Of a stretch of 64,000 bases of DNA, positions 1 through 10,671 are shown in pieces. Positions within the stretch are counted from its first letter, which is position 1. Each line of letters starts with the position of its first letter. The notes beneath the pieces were generated by a model, which was not told the DNA's origin, searched no databases, and worked only from the letters and a program-made list of their open reading frames with translations. The stretch comes from Rhodosorus marinus CCMP1338 (Eukaryota; Plantae; Rhodophyta). The position numbers and the translations under genes are program-made. Location of the stretch: NCBI GenBank assembly GCA_029953675.1, contig JAMWBK010000004.1, positions 620,001 through 684,000 on the forward strand. Direction: 5' to 3'.

Positions 1-905
1 GGGCGAATAGCAGGGCTCGAGGCCGTGTGGCCGGGCTTCGAAAGCAGACACAATTGCGAACGCCCGACCAAGAACCACGCACACTCACACAGGGGATCAC
101 CATTCACAAGCGCTTCGACCACCCACGCCAACGCCTTCAAACCTTCATCACTTAAGAAACGGAGATATTCCACCTGCAGCCCCGAGGGCCCTGGGGAACG
201 GCCCTTCGGAGCATCATGAACCAACTCACGCACCGCCTCCAGATTGACCACTAACCGCGCACTGGGATGTGGCGCGGCGCGGTACTCTTCCAACACTGAT
301 TCAAACGAGGAGTCCCAAGGGGAGCCTTCCGAGGGAAAGAGCAAACGGAGCGGTGAAGAAAGATCATCGGAGTATGGAACCACAGGTTGCCGCTGCTGGA
401 GGATCCCGGCTGCCCGCCGCAGATCACCGCCTGCCACCGCGTGACGCGCCCGATTCTGTCGAGAAGACCTAAAAGCTGAGGGAGCACTAGGAGAAAAGGA
501 AGAGAGAGAAGCGAAATAAAGACGTTCGAGGTCCTCAAAGTCGCCGGAAAGGAACATTTGCAGTTTTCGGCGAGGGTGGACCCGGCGAGGATGTGGGTTG
601 AGGGGGACGGTAGAGGAGGTGAGCACGAGGCGGGAAAAAAAGAACAAGAGTTCCCAGCGAAGAGAGCAGTGAGGGTTCGCGGCGACCTGCTGCCAGAGAA
701 AATCCAACACCAATCCTAGGGGCTTATGAAGTCGACGAGGGAGCCGTACGGCCGTGCTCTGACGACAAAGGGGAAGGGAACCGTCCGGGTAGGAGGCGAC
801 AATGTGCGAAAACCACGAGAGAACACGCTCATGCCAGGCTGAGCGGTCACTGGTAAACAGGGGTAACCGGGACGACACGCACGCGGAGGAGGAAGACTCA
901 GACAT
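1..905 (-). CDS. ORF2, N-terminal part of a non-LTR reverse transcriptase (5' part only; not in the ORF track)
   Basis: Manual translation from ATG 905-903 has no stop to base 1: MSESSSS...MFLSGDFEDL...RARHAVAGGDLRRAAGIL...APKGRSPGPSGLQVEYLR...LCLLSKPGHTASSPAIRP. SPGPSG and L-L-KP...IRP match the non-LTR RT region 0 and motifs 1-2. The YxDD motif would lie outside the window. Confidence 0.88.
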   Translation of the reverse strand, partial: MSESSSSACVSSRLPLFTSDRSAWHERVLSWFSHIVASYPDGSLPLCRQSTAVRLPRRLHKPLGLVLDFLWQQVAANPHCSLRWELLFFFSRLVLTSSTVPLNPHPRRVHPRRKLQMFLSGDFEDLERLYFASLSSFSPSAPSAFRSSRQNRARHAVAGGDLRRAAGILQQRQPVVPYSDDLSSPLRLLFPSEGSPWDSSFESVLEEYRAAPHPSARLVVNLEAVRELVHDAPKGRSPGPSGLQVEYLRFLSDEGLKALAWVVEALVNGDPLCECAWFLVGRSQLCLLSKPGHTASSPAIR

Positions 906-2073
906 CGGGCCTCCCCTCAGTCGGGAAGGCAGATCGAATATCCGGAGGAGGTGCCTCGGAGGGAGGCTCAGGAGCGGCACGACGTTTACGTGGGGGGCGC
1001 ACGAAGGAACTAAAAGACCTGAAGAAAGTAGACACAGGGTTTTCAGCAGCGGAGTCTTGACTGAGGGTGTCCAGAGCCAGCGGATTCGGAGAGGCCGATG
1101 GTGCTTCTGCCATGTCGGTGTCACGAGCCTCGGAGACAGGGCGAGGGGAGGAAGGGTGCTCAAGAGTCGGCGGCAGAAGGTCAAACGCAGGGTGGGCTTC
1201 CAGCAGGGTGGCCTCAGTGGAGAGGAAGGCCTCTAGCGCGGTGCAGAGGACCCCGCGAGGAGGAAAACGCGCGAAGAGGCTCGCCTGTATGCGCGAGAGC
1301 CGCGCCGCATGAGTGTGTAGCGCGACAACCGAAGCCTGCGAGGCATCCAGGTTTTTCAAGGCCGACGGAGGAACCCAGCCGGCGTCAAAACGATCGAACT
1401 CGACAAACAAAGAGACATGAGGACGAGTCAGTATCATGTTGGCCAGAGCAGAGCGCTGGGGCGCGGGGGTGGTTACAAGCGATTGAAGGAACTGGTAAAC
1501 CGAGTCAGTAACAAGAAAACAGGCATGAGGGCCCGTGAAGTCCACATATAGGAATTCAGACGGGGCGACCCCAAGGGAGGAAGCCATGGTGTGGCGAAAA
1601 TCGCGGTAGTGGACGGGCGCGCGGCCCCGACCACGAGAGGGGGTCTGGGGACGCACGTTCGTCATCCAAACAAAGTGGAACGGAGATAGTTGGCGAGAAG
1701 AGTCAAAAGGGATGTGTTGTGGCATCATACGCACCATTGCCGTCGTGCGTTGTTCAGAAGAGCCCCTGCGCAGGACCTGCGAATAGGTCGCACGTGGGGC
1801 ACTGGAGGGAGAAGGATTCGGGCCGGACGCGGGCCCAGGAGGCGTCTGTCCTTGAATAGGGGTAGGCCAGTCGGAATCAGGAATGACCGGAGCGGAGCGC
1901 TCGGGTCGGGTGGAGGCAGGCCCCGCTGTACCGTGCGGATCCGCGGGGACGGGCACCGGGGGGTATGGGGCAGGCGCGGAGGCGGAGAAGCGCCTCAAAT
2001 AGGCGATCAGCAGGGGCAGGCGGTGTTCCTGGGAAGCAGTCACAAGAAGACTCGTCAGTTTCGAGCAGATCAT
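898..2073 (-). CDS. Retrotransposon ORF1 (gag-like), 391 aa
   Basis: ATG at 2073 with an in-frame stop just upstream. Pro-rich ends flank a central folded-looking region (FHFVWMTNV...SLGVAPSEFLYVDFTGPHACFLV, RRM-like by pattern only). Its TGA (900-898) lies just after the ORF2 ATG (905-903). Confidence 0.7.
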   Translation of the reverse strand: MICSKLTSLLVTASQEHRLPLLIAYLRRFSASAPAPYPPVPVPADPHGTAGPASTRPERSAPVIPDSDWPTPIQGQTPPGPASGPNPSPSSAPRATYSQVLRRGSSEQRTTAMVRMMPQHIPFDSSRQLSPFHFVWMTNVRPQTPSRGRGRAPVHYRDFRHTMASSLGVAPSEFLYVDFTGPHACFLVTDSVYQFLQSLVTTPAPQRSALANMILTRPHVSLFVEFDRFDAGWVPPSALKNLDASQASVVALHTHAARLSRIQASLFARFPPRGVLCTALEAFLSTEATLLEAHPAFDLLPPTLEHPSSPRPVSEARDTDMAEAPSASPNPLALDTLSQDSAAENPVSTFFRSFSSFVRPPRKRRAAPEPPSEAPPPDIRSAFPTEGRPDV

Positions 2074-2201
2074 GGGCTAACTCGTCAGCGCAGTCCGTGA
2101 GGGTGGCCGCGGTACTAAACCCGCCCACGCTGAGCTCCACGCGCGCTGAGAGAACGGCTCCGTCCGCCGGAATGGGTGGGGAAACCCCAACCATAACGAT
2201 T

Positions 2202-2878
2202 GGATGTGAGAGCCGGATTGACGCTTGTGGCTACCACTTCCTGGGTTCCTGCGGACTGTTGAGAGGTCTCCGTACGAGGCGTCACACTCGCCTCAAGTAC
2301 ATCCTCAGCGAATTTTTGACTCGGATAGGGCATACGGTTGAGGTTGAGTCGGAACTGCCCAGATCAATCTCGGACTCTGCACCGCCCCGTTGTATAGCCG
2401 ATCTCCTCGTCTCCGACGCTACTGCCAGACGCTCAACATATGTGGACCTTGCGATTACCTGCCCCGTGGCCAGCGCCCACCTCACCGCAGCCGCCCGCCG
2501 CCGGGGGGCCGCGGCTTCAGCCCTTCGAAGAGTTAAGGAACGACGGTATGCTGAGAGCATGGCCAGTCTGCCTTGCGCTGAGGGTCGCTCTCACCGGTTC
2601 CAGCCATTCATTGTGGAAAGCTTTGGTCACGTGGATAAGTCGGGTTTAGAGTGGTTGCGGAAATGTTTTGCTGAGCATCCTACTGAATACTTGGCGCTCT
2701 TGAGGCGTTTAAGTGTCTCCCTTTGGCGATATTCCAGCCACATGCTTTCCGAGGCGCGCCATCGGCGCCTGGGGTTGCATGCTTCCCTCCCTAGTTATTA
2801 GTTCATCTTCACGCCTTGCGTAGCGCTTCAGGCTATGCTAGTAAAGTCCAGTCCAATAAAGCCAAGCCAGTATAAAGC
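2202..2878 (+). mobile_element. RLE LINE 3' fragment, family A, copy 1
   Basis: Encodes GCESRIDACGYHFLGSC (zinc knuckle, truncated), RTRRH, IADLLV..TYVDLAITCP..KERRY..FQPFIVESFG (PD-(D/E)xK-type nuclease); stop at 2799-2801; tail agtaaagtccagtccaataaagcc. Confidence 0.85.
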
Positions 2879-3705
2879 GCACGGGCAATGTCTCTCAAAT
2901 GAGGTTCTACCGATGAGCGACTATTGCTGGTTGAAAACTATTCCAACCGCGCCCGTTCACTACATGTGACCGTGGCAATTTTTGGCTACAACTCTCCCCC
3001 TGTTTGAGTGTCGTTTTTTCATCTCTCCGGCGGGATCGCCACATCGGCCGTCTTTCTGTCAGGGATGTGAGAGCCGGATTGACGCTTGTGGCTACCACTT
3101 CCTGGGTTCCTGCGGACTGTTGAGAGGTCTCCGTACGAGGCGTCACACTCGCCTCAAGTACATCCTCAGCGAAGTTTTGACTCGGATAGGGCATACGGTT
3201 GAGGTTGAGTCGGAACTGCCCAGATCAATCTCGGACCCTGCACCGCCCCGTTGTATAGCCGATCTCCTCGTCTCTGACGCTACTGCCAGACGCTCAACAT
3301 ATGTGGACCTTGCGATTACCTGCCCCGTGGCCAGCGCCCACCTCACCGCAGCCGCCCGCCGCCGGGGGGCCGCGGCTTCAGCCCTTCGAAGAGTTAAGGA
3401 ACGACGGTATGCTGAGAGCATGGCCAGTCTGCCTTGCGCTGAGGGTCGCTCTCACCGGTTCCAGCCATTCATTGTGGAAAGCTTTGGTCACGTGGATAAG
3501 TCGGGTTTAGAGTGGTTGCGGAAATGTTTTGCTGAGCATCCTACTGAATATTTGGCGCTCTTGAGGCGTTTAAGTGTCTCCCTTTGGCGATATTCCAGCG
3601 ACATGCTTTCCGAGGCGCGCCATCGGCGCCTGGGGTTGCATACTTCCCTCCCTAGTTATTAGTTCATCTTCACGCTTTGCGTAGCGCTTCAGGCTATGCT
3701 AGTAA
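2879..3705 (+). mobile_element. RLE LINE 3' fragment, family A, copy 2 (longer, with in-frame stop)
   Basis: Near-identical to copy 1 but extends 5': WLKTIPTAPVHYM*PWQFLA...CQGCESRIDACGYHFLGSC, giving a complete CCHC knuckle. Confidence 0.85.
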
Positions 3706-3706
3706 G

Positions 3707-3928
3707 GTTTTGCTGAGCATCCTACTGAATATTTGGCGCTCTTGAGGCGTTTAAGTGTCTCCCTTTGGCGATATTCCAGCCACATGCTTTCCGAGGCGCG
3801 CCATCGGCGCCTGGGGTTGCATGCTTCCCTCCCTAGTTATTAGTTCATCTTCACGCCTTGCGTAGCGCTTCAGGCTATGCTAGTCCAGTCCAAGTAAAGT
3901 CCAGTAAAGTCCAGTATAAAGCCAGTAT
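3707..3928 (+). mobile_element. RLE LINE 3' fragment, family A, copy 3 (short)
   Basis: Repeats the last part of the ORF and the 3' UTR; the tail has repeated ccagtaaagt units. Confidence 0.85.
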
Positions 3929-4240
3929 GAGACGTCGGAAAGAAGTGAAACATGCGGGGGCTTTGTCTTCCCCAGGTATTCGTGCTTAGGCTTTAGCTCA
4001 TCGCCAGGTAATTCTCTTCATTGAGTGCTTCGGGTTTATGAAACCCTCCTTTGGTTCTCGTTGGCTTCGGGAGTTGTTCCGCGGACGCTCTGACCGTCTC
4101 TCCTCGTTGTTTACCTGTTCACCGTGCCGTATGAACGCTGCTTTGACGTTGGAGGCTCGCGATCTTTGCCGCGTGTAGTCTTTTTTCCCCTCGGGGTTTT
4201 TTCTTTCAGTCTCCGATTAAACAAATGCATTCTTTCATTC
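3921..4240 (+). mobile_element. RLE LINE 3' fragment, family B (degenerate)
   Basis: Homologous to 9200-9517 (SMRRRKE..YAGALSSPG..LIIECFGFM..); ends in the ttttcccctcggggtttt UTR and a cattc tail; joined to family A copy 3 through shared gccagtat. Confidence 0.8.
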
Positions 4241-7200
4241 AAGACTGGGAGAGCGGGATAAATGACAAGGAACACTCTCCCATGGCGCTATTCCGGAAAA
4301 ATCATACGATTACTGGTTAGTAAGGAAATTCAAGGAGGGAGAGCCCCAGCCTTATGCTGCTTACTCAGCGGTATCCTGCATGTAAGAGTCAAGCCAAAGG
4401 GCCTCGCCTCCCGTATTCCAGGTGTTGGAATTCTGGCTCTTACATTGAATAGTGATCGTTTCCGGGTGTTAAACTGTTAAACCGTCACTTTCGATTTAAT
4501 GGTTTTTCCATGCGCGTAATGAATCATAGCAACCGTCTATTAGCGACATATGGGGCTCGGTATAAGATCCCAAGTCCGAGTAGTGTAAGAGAGAATAGAG
4601 CAGGGGATGAAATGGAGGAGAGATTTGCAGTAAAGGCAAAAGTTGAAATTCTTGAGACGGGTGAGTTCTTAAGTGGATTGTATCTCTTGCGTATTGGTGT
4701 GAGCTTCAACATCGAATCGCATAGAACGGTTAGCGGGAAGGAGTTTCACGAACGCGGAATTGTCCATCATCATATGTTTATTCAGAGCCTAACTAACCTG
4801 AGAATTGTTCATGCCGAACCCTCTTTCTCCGGCGATTTTGGAACGCGATTCATCAGATATTGCTCGGAGGATTCCAATAAGTTTCTACGCTTAGGTTGTG
4901 TATTTCTTCTGACTTAGGTTTGAAATATTTGTAGGATCAAATCTCCACGTTCTGCAACACCCGACCAAACCCTTTTTCAATCTATTAAGAAACTATTTTG
5001 ACTGTGCGTACGCACAGTCAAGATGATCCACAGTACGCCAATCAGAAAGAGCTGCGTTTCACTATCTATCCAATCAACGGAAGATGGAAACCAATATTGA
5101 TTGATACAAATCCACTTACAGTCCCAAATGATTCTATTCCTTTGATTCTACTTACCCTCCGTATAAAAATCTTTTGTCCGCATATGTATCCATTTTGGAT
5201 ATGTTTTTCAGCATTCCTAATAGTTTGGCCTTAATTTTCAGGGGTAATAGATAGTTTTGTTTTAGATACTCTGCGGATAGATAGTTGGCTATGTTGATCC
5301 TGAGCGAACCAACTGAACACGAGTTCGTTGACAGACATATCCAATCATAACGTTTTATTAGGTTCTTTTGACATTTTTTTGTGTTATTTATTTATTTGAA
5401 AACCGAATGTTGAAAGATGGAAAAGCGACTGGTGCCAATTCCAAAACAAATTCTTACCCCTAATTTGTGAAATCTGTTTTTCGTCCATGTGCAGGGAAAA
5501 CAAATCTTCTATATGAAAATAATTCGTTTACAAATTCATTCTACCCTCCAGTTTGTGCTGAACGACGGAAAATGGGCTGTCATATGGTAAATATTGACTG
5601 AGGATAAATCTTTAATATAGATATTTGACTGACTTATCGCGGTTTGCTTGTTTGGAGACCATTGACGTTGTGCTGCGGCAACCGAACTTTTGCCAAAGAT
5701 CGAGACTATGGTTCTCAGCTCGGTAGACCGACTTACTCAATGAATTCTTACTAAGGTACAGAACGATATCTAGCTATCCTCCTGTCCAGAGTTCGTTCTC
5801 AAATGTGTACAGATAGGGGTTCCGCTCTCGCCCTAACTTTCCCTCTGTCTTGAAATCCAGCTTGTCTGGATTTTTTTTGGGGGGGGGGGGAGGCGAGGCG
5901 TGGGATGACTGGCTCTGACTCTAGTGAGATATGTATATGCTTCTAGAGCGCTCAAAGACGGCTTCTAAGGGCCAATTCTCTAGTGGTCGTTTCGCTTAGT
6001 TTTCCGGCGCGACTGTCTCGCCAAAACTCTTACTTCCCACCGAACCGATTGGACTTCACCTGGATCTGCCCGTTAAGAACGGGACAGCTACTGTCAGTGT
6101 ACAGATTGCCCAAGTTTAGCGCGGTTGAGATTCTTGAAAGAGTGTTGAGCTTTTAGAGTGTACTCTTTTTTTTAGGGTATTAAGCTTGTTCTATCACGCG
6201 TCTTTCGGGGCAAAAGGTTGTTCGCAGAATCCGTGTATTGAAAGGATCTATGTCTCTTAGAGGACGGTAGCTTTTGACTGAAGAAATTTGCTGCTTGGAT
6301 CTCGTCTCTACCCGAGAAGATTGGAGATAACCATTTAGGGCTGAGAACACCATTTAGGGCTGAGAACACCCCCGCTAGAGGTTCTGCAGTCTGTTCTAGC
6401 GGGGTGTGTACCCGGAAACATGTCTCCGAGCTTTGTCTCTATATTAAATCTTTTGTTAGCCCTTTTCTTTTGGTGTATTTTGCTTGGATTTATTGTCCCA
6501 TGTAGGAAAGGCCCCGCAAGGTTGTTGCTTCCTTCGGCTAATCTATTGTTTCCAGCTGTATGAGTTCACAGATTCGCGAAGGTACGCTCTGCAAATAAGA
6601 GACAGAATAGCAAAGCTTTTCTCCCCAAGCTGTAATGGGGAGCGCCACATCTTATTTTACTAGATTCTCACCAGAACTTGGTGATATTTGGCTATGTCAG
6701 TGCACTGGAATAGTTGAAAGTATTAACCACCGGGACTAGGGGAAATATCTAAAGTCTCTCATCGTAACGAATGTGGACGCTCGAACATCGGATTGTGATA
6801 TGAAAGGTCTTTTTTCGTTTAGGACGAAACGGCTTCTTGCGGAAGCTCTGGGTAGAATTATTGAGATGTTCCGGTTACCCACGGACTATCTCTCTCTTGT
6901 CAGCAACCAAACGTAGCGCTAAGGCTCAAAAGATAGAGTGGATAGTAAGGGGAACCCTCCACCGGCAGTACCTTTCACGGACATCTCCGAGGTAAAGGGC
7001 TTCTCAGCTCCACACGATTCCAAAACGCTGAGGAAACCTGTACATGAACAATGTACGGACACTCGATTCTAGCACGCTAGCGCGGCTTCGAATAGTCCAT
7101 CATCTGTTTGCCCCATTTTGATCCATTTTCCATTCAACAAGTGATGCTTTCTCTGTGCATCCGAAGCTTACGACCCGTCCTTTGCAGCTGAACATTCAGT

Positions 7201-7971
7201 AATTTTTATTTTTTTTGAGCTTCCTTCCGCCATGAAGACTCATCTTCGAAGTAGTTATGTGGCCGTCTTGGGAACGTCACGTCTCCAATCTCTTTGATGA
7301 TGGTCTAGGGACAAAACTAAACACACTAGTACCTACCCCACACTCTTATCTTCTTTCTATGTAGGCACCAGACAAACTGCCTGACTAGGGTTGCAACGTT
7401 CTGTGGAACCAAACCGATCTCGTTCCCACTGAGACCAACACGGACAATCGCCGGTCCGGGGGTTTCTGGAATCCCAAAGAGTCAGGAGAAAGCTATAGCG
7501 GATCCGGTCACTCTGAAAGTGCAACGTTCGCAGTGTTAGTTTACAAGTTGAAGGCTCTTTTCCTTAATGAATTCGTGTTTTGAATCGCCTAGACAGTGGT
7601 GGCGGTGGTGGCGGTAGTTTTACTAACAGTAGTACCTAAACAGTCCGCCTCAGCTTCTTTTCCAAGCCAGCTTGGATAGGAGGTGGGTCTTTGCGGAATA
7701 CGTACGCTTCCTTATTGAATCCCGATCGGCAAGCATGACTGTGCCTGACAAGAGTATCCACGAAGGCTCCACGGAGCTGGCTAGGTCCTCCGGAAGGATA
7801 TTTATAGGGCCGAAAAGGCGTGATAGCTGGGAGACAGACGAGAGACTCAGTAGAAGCTAAGAGTAAAAGCTGAGAACAGAAGCTGAGAGCAAAAGCTGAG
7901 AGTTGAAGTCGACAGTTGAGGCCGAGAGTTGAAACCGAGAATTGAATCCGAAGGAGTGCAGATAATAAAGG

Positions 7972-8688
7972 ATGAGGACTAGTGCACTAGCGTTTGCTGT
8001 AGTAGCGGCGATCGTCGTCGTCGCGCAGGCTTCTGATATTCATGGGCATCATGATAAATTCTATGAGACATGCGCAACTTTCACTGATATGTACAAGGAC
8101 GTATTTCTGGAGGGCAATAAGAACGAAGTCTGCTATTTCCTCGTCACGAAGAGGGGCTTCCCAGTGGCCAAGGTTTGCGCGAGTATGAAGAACATCTTCG
8201 ACAGGATTGACTACAAGAATCCGTTCAAGGGAAAGGAGAACTGCATCAGCTTCACTTTCCATGCCAAACCAGGGTTCCTCCTCAGCGGCGTGGCCGCCGG
8301 TGTCAGCAACAGTTTCAAGTCGGCAGCCAAGAACCCCTTCCAGTGCGCAGCGGACCTGGTATATCCACTTCCGGAGAAGACCATTTTCGTGTGCATGGAT
8401 GAGGTCTACGTCCCTCCAGGACCCCACTACGATGGTTGCTGCAACACAAACATCGTCCTCACACCGAAGGTGACCGTCGTTAAGACGAAGAGGTACGGCG
8501 CGCCGCTCGGCTACTACAGGAAACTCCGAGCGGTTATGGCAGTTCCCAAGCCAGGAAAAGATGACTGCAAGTACGTGGGTGGTGCCGTGAGCTGCAGAGT
8601 TCCACTCTTCTGCAAGTACAAGATCGAGCATGACCACCACGATGATAAGGGAAAGGACCACGGTAAGGGCAAAAACGGAAGGGACTGA
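7972..8688 (+). CDS. Secreted Cys-rich protein of unknown function, 238 aa
   Basis: ATG start, hydrophobic signal peptide (MRTSALAFAVVAAIVVVAQA), Cys pattern shared with the N-terminal domain of 31739-34261, His-rich patches near both ends, coding-like codon usage. Confidence 0.85.
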   Translation: MRTSALAFAVVAAIVVVAQASDIHGHHDKFYETCATFTDMYKDVFLEGNKNEVCYFLVTKRGFPVAKVCASMKNIFDRIDYKNPFKGKENCISFTFHAKPGFLLSGVAAGVSNSFKSAAKNPFQCAADLVYPLPEKTIFVCMDEVYVPPGPHYDGCCNTNIVLTPKVTVVKTKRYGAPLGYYRKLRAVMAVPKPGKDDCKYVGGAVSCRVPLFCKYKIEHDHHDDKGKDHGKGKNGRD

Positions 8689-9060
8689 ACCTTCCTCTCC
8701 CTGGTGATAGGGATGAGCAGCTAGCGTCCCGATGCGCTCACGATAGCTACAATAAAAACCTGGGGATTCCATTAAAGTTTTCTCGCTGCCCACTCCGTAG
8801 CCTGCCACTCTCTGCCATACTTTCGAGTATCCGCTCAGTACTTTCCCCCCGTCACTGCTCCACGCAGACATTCAGACAGTTTCCAATCCTCTCGGTACGA
8901 CATTAGCGTCGCTAAAGTACGGAAAAGCATGCTGATGAACAGAGAGGATCAGGTTTATTGTCAGTCCCCACCCCTCAAGCTCCACCGGCTGCTCTCAGTT
9001 GGTCAACTACTACTGTTCCAACGCTGTGTTGCTAAAACCACCGCGCCTCAATCCCCCCAA

Positions 9061-9517
9061 AATGATGAACGCCGTGTAGCCGACCTGGTGATAACCTGTG
9101 ACGACAGCCGCCGTACCACATACGTTGATCTTGCTGTTCCCAACCCTCAAGCTAGTCGTTATCTCCCGGCTGCGGGGGAGCGCCGTGGATCTGCCGCCGC
9201 CAGCATGAGACGCCGCAAAGAGATCAAATACGCGGGGGCTTTGTCTTCCCCTGGTGTTCGTGCTTCGGCACTAGCACATCGCTTGGTACCCCTGATCATT
9301 GAGTGCTTTGGGTTCATGGACTCTGTTGGTTCTCGCTGGCTTCGGGAGTTGTTCCGCGAACGCCCTGACCGTCTTCAATCGTTGTTTACCCGCTTAAGTT
9401 TCCTGCTGTGGCGCATGAATGCCGCTTTGATGTTGGAGGCGCGAGTACTTCGCCGCGCTTAGTCTTTTTTTCCCCTCGGGGTTTTTTTTTTTTTCAGCCT
9501 CCGATTAAACCATTCAT
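9061..9517 (+). mobile_element. RLE LINE 3' fragment, family B, with 13-bp target-site duplication
   Basis: NDERRVADLVITCDDSRRTTYVDLAVPNP...KEIKY...LIIECFG; tcaatccccccaa occurs at 9048-9060 and 9518-9530. Confidence 0.88.
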
Positions 9518-9741
9518 TCAATCCCCCCAACGCTGTGAAACAAATATATAAATTCAATAACTTAAAATCCAATAATAAAGGTCCACGCGTTAAAAGGCAG
9601 TCAATATATAATTTTAGTACAATCATTATATTGCACGCGTCCATATATCAGTCAGTATGTATCTATTGTGCAGTTGAAACTATACACGTGTTATTTAATT
9701 CAATCAGGTTTTTTTTTGACTGAAGCTCCAGTTTCTCGTTT

Positions 9742-9985
9742 GAACGAACGAATTGGTTGCAATAGACTGCAAGAAAAAGCTCCGAGGGAAAAAAAAGACC
9801 ATGGGTGGTGAAGATCGCGGCCTCCAACATCGAAGCAGTGGTTCATCCGTCACAACAAGAAACTTAAAACGGTCAAAAACGAGGAGAGATGGTCAGGGCG
9901 TGTCTGCGAAACAACTCTCAAAGCCAACGAGAACCAACGGAATCCATAAACCCTATGCACTCAATGGCCAGAGGTACCAGGCGAT
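9742..9985 (-). mobile_element. RLE LINE 3' fragment, family B (degenerate)
   Basis: The reverse complement aligns to the family B 3' end; tail seen as gaacgaacgaa on the plus strand. Confidence 0.75.
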
Positions 9986-9996
9986 CATCTAGGATC

Positions 9997-10643
9997 GAAT
10001 GAATGAATGAATGGTTTAATCGGAGGCTGAAAAAAAAACCCCGAGGGGAAAAAAAGACTAAGCGCGGCGAAGTACTCGCGCCTCCAACATCAAAGCGGCA
10101 TTCATGCGCCACAGCAGGAAACTTAAGCGGGTAAACAACGATTGAAGACGGTCAGGGCGTTCGCGGAACAACTCCCGAAGCCAGCGAGAACCAACAGAGT
10201 CCATGAACCCAAAGCACTCAATGATCAGGGGTACCAAGCGATGTGCTAGTGCCGAAGCACGAACACCAGGGGAAGACAAAGCCCCCGCGTATTTGATCTC
10301 TTTGCGGCGTCTCATGCTGGCGGCGGCAGATCCACGGCGCTCCCCCGCAGCCGGGAGATAACGACTAGCTTGAGGGTTAGGAACAGCAAGATCAACGTAT
10401 GTGGTACGGCGGCTGTCGTCACAGGTGAAGCACGAATGCCTTGGGAAATACAAATCCCCTGCTTGTTTCAACTCTTTGCGACATCTCATACTGGCAGAGG
10501 CAAATCCACAGCGCTCTGACGCAGACGGCAAATAATGACTAACCTGGGGATTAGGAACAGCAAGATGAAGGTACGTCGTACGGCGGCTATCGTCACAGGT
10601 GACCACGAGGTCAGCCACTCGGCGTTCGTCCTTCTCGTAGTCC
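9997..10643 (-). mobile_element. RLE LINE family B: an internal fragment fused in frame to a 3' fragment
   Basis: ORF 10058-10645 contains TCDDSRRTTY twice; (ATTC)4 tail at 9997-10012. Confidence 0.85.
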
Positions 10644-10671
10644 ACGAGGAGAACGCCCCTGTATTTGCCCT

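Larger units (their letters stand above)
1..2201 (-). mobile_element. 5' part of a two-ORF CRE-like (RLE-type) non-LTR retrotransposon; continues off the window start
   Basis: ORF1 (2073-898) is followed by an open RT-type ORF2 (905 to <1) on the minus strand; the 5' end abuts an oppositely oriented RLE 3' fragment at 2202. Confidence 0.85.

Noticed and set aside
1965-2801. 278-aa ORF as one gene
   Set aside because: Chimeric: the first ~79 codons are antisense to the retroelement's 5' end and the rest is an RLE fragment starting at 2202.
4262-7860. Short ORFs in the unassigned 4.3-7.8 kb region
   Set aside because: No recognisable domain, mostly non-ATG starts, no coding-like composition.
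7850-7950. Decaying ~13-bp aagctgagag repeats upstream of the 238-aa gene
   Set aside because: Ordinary degenerate minisatellite in a leader region; no further structure.
7987-8871. 294-aa minus-strand ORF
   Set aside because: Antisense shadow of the 238-aa secreted protein, with no motifs. The same applies to 25023-25673, 32820-33398, 47759-48232, 53343-53816 and 63460-63933.
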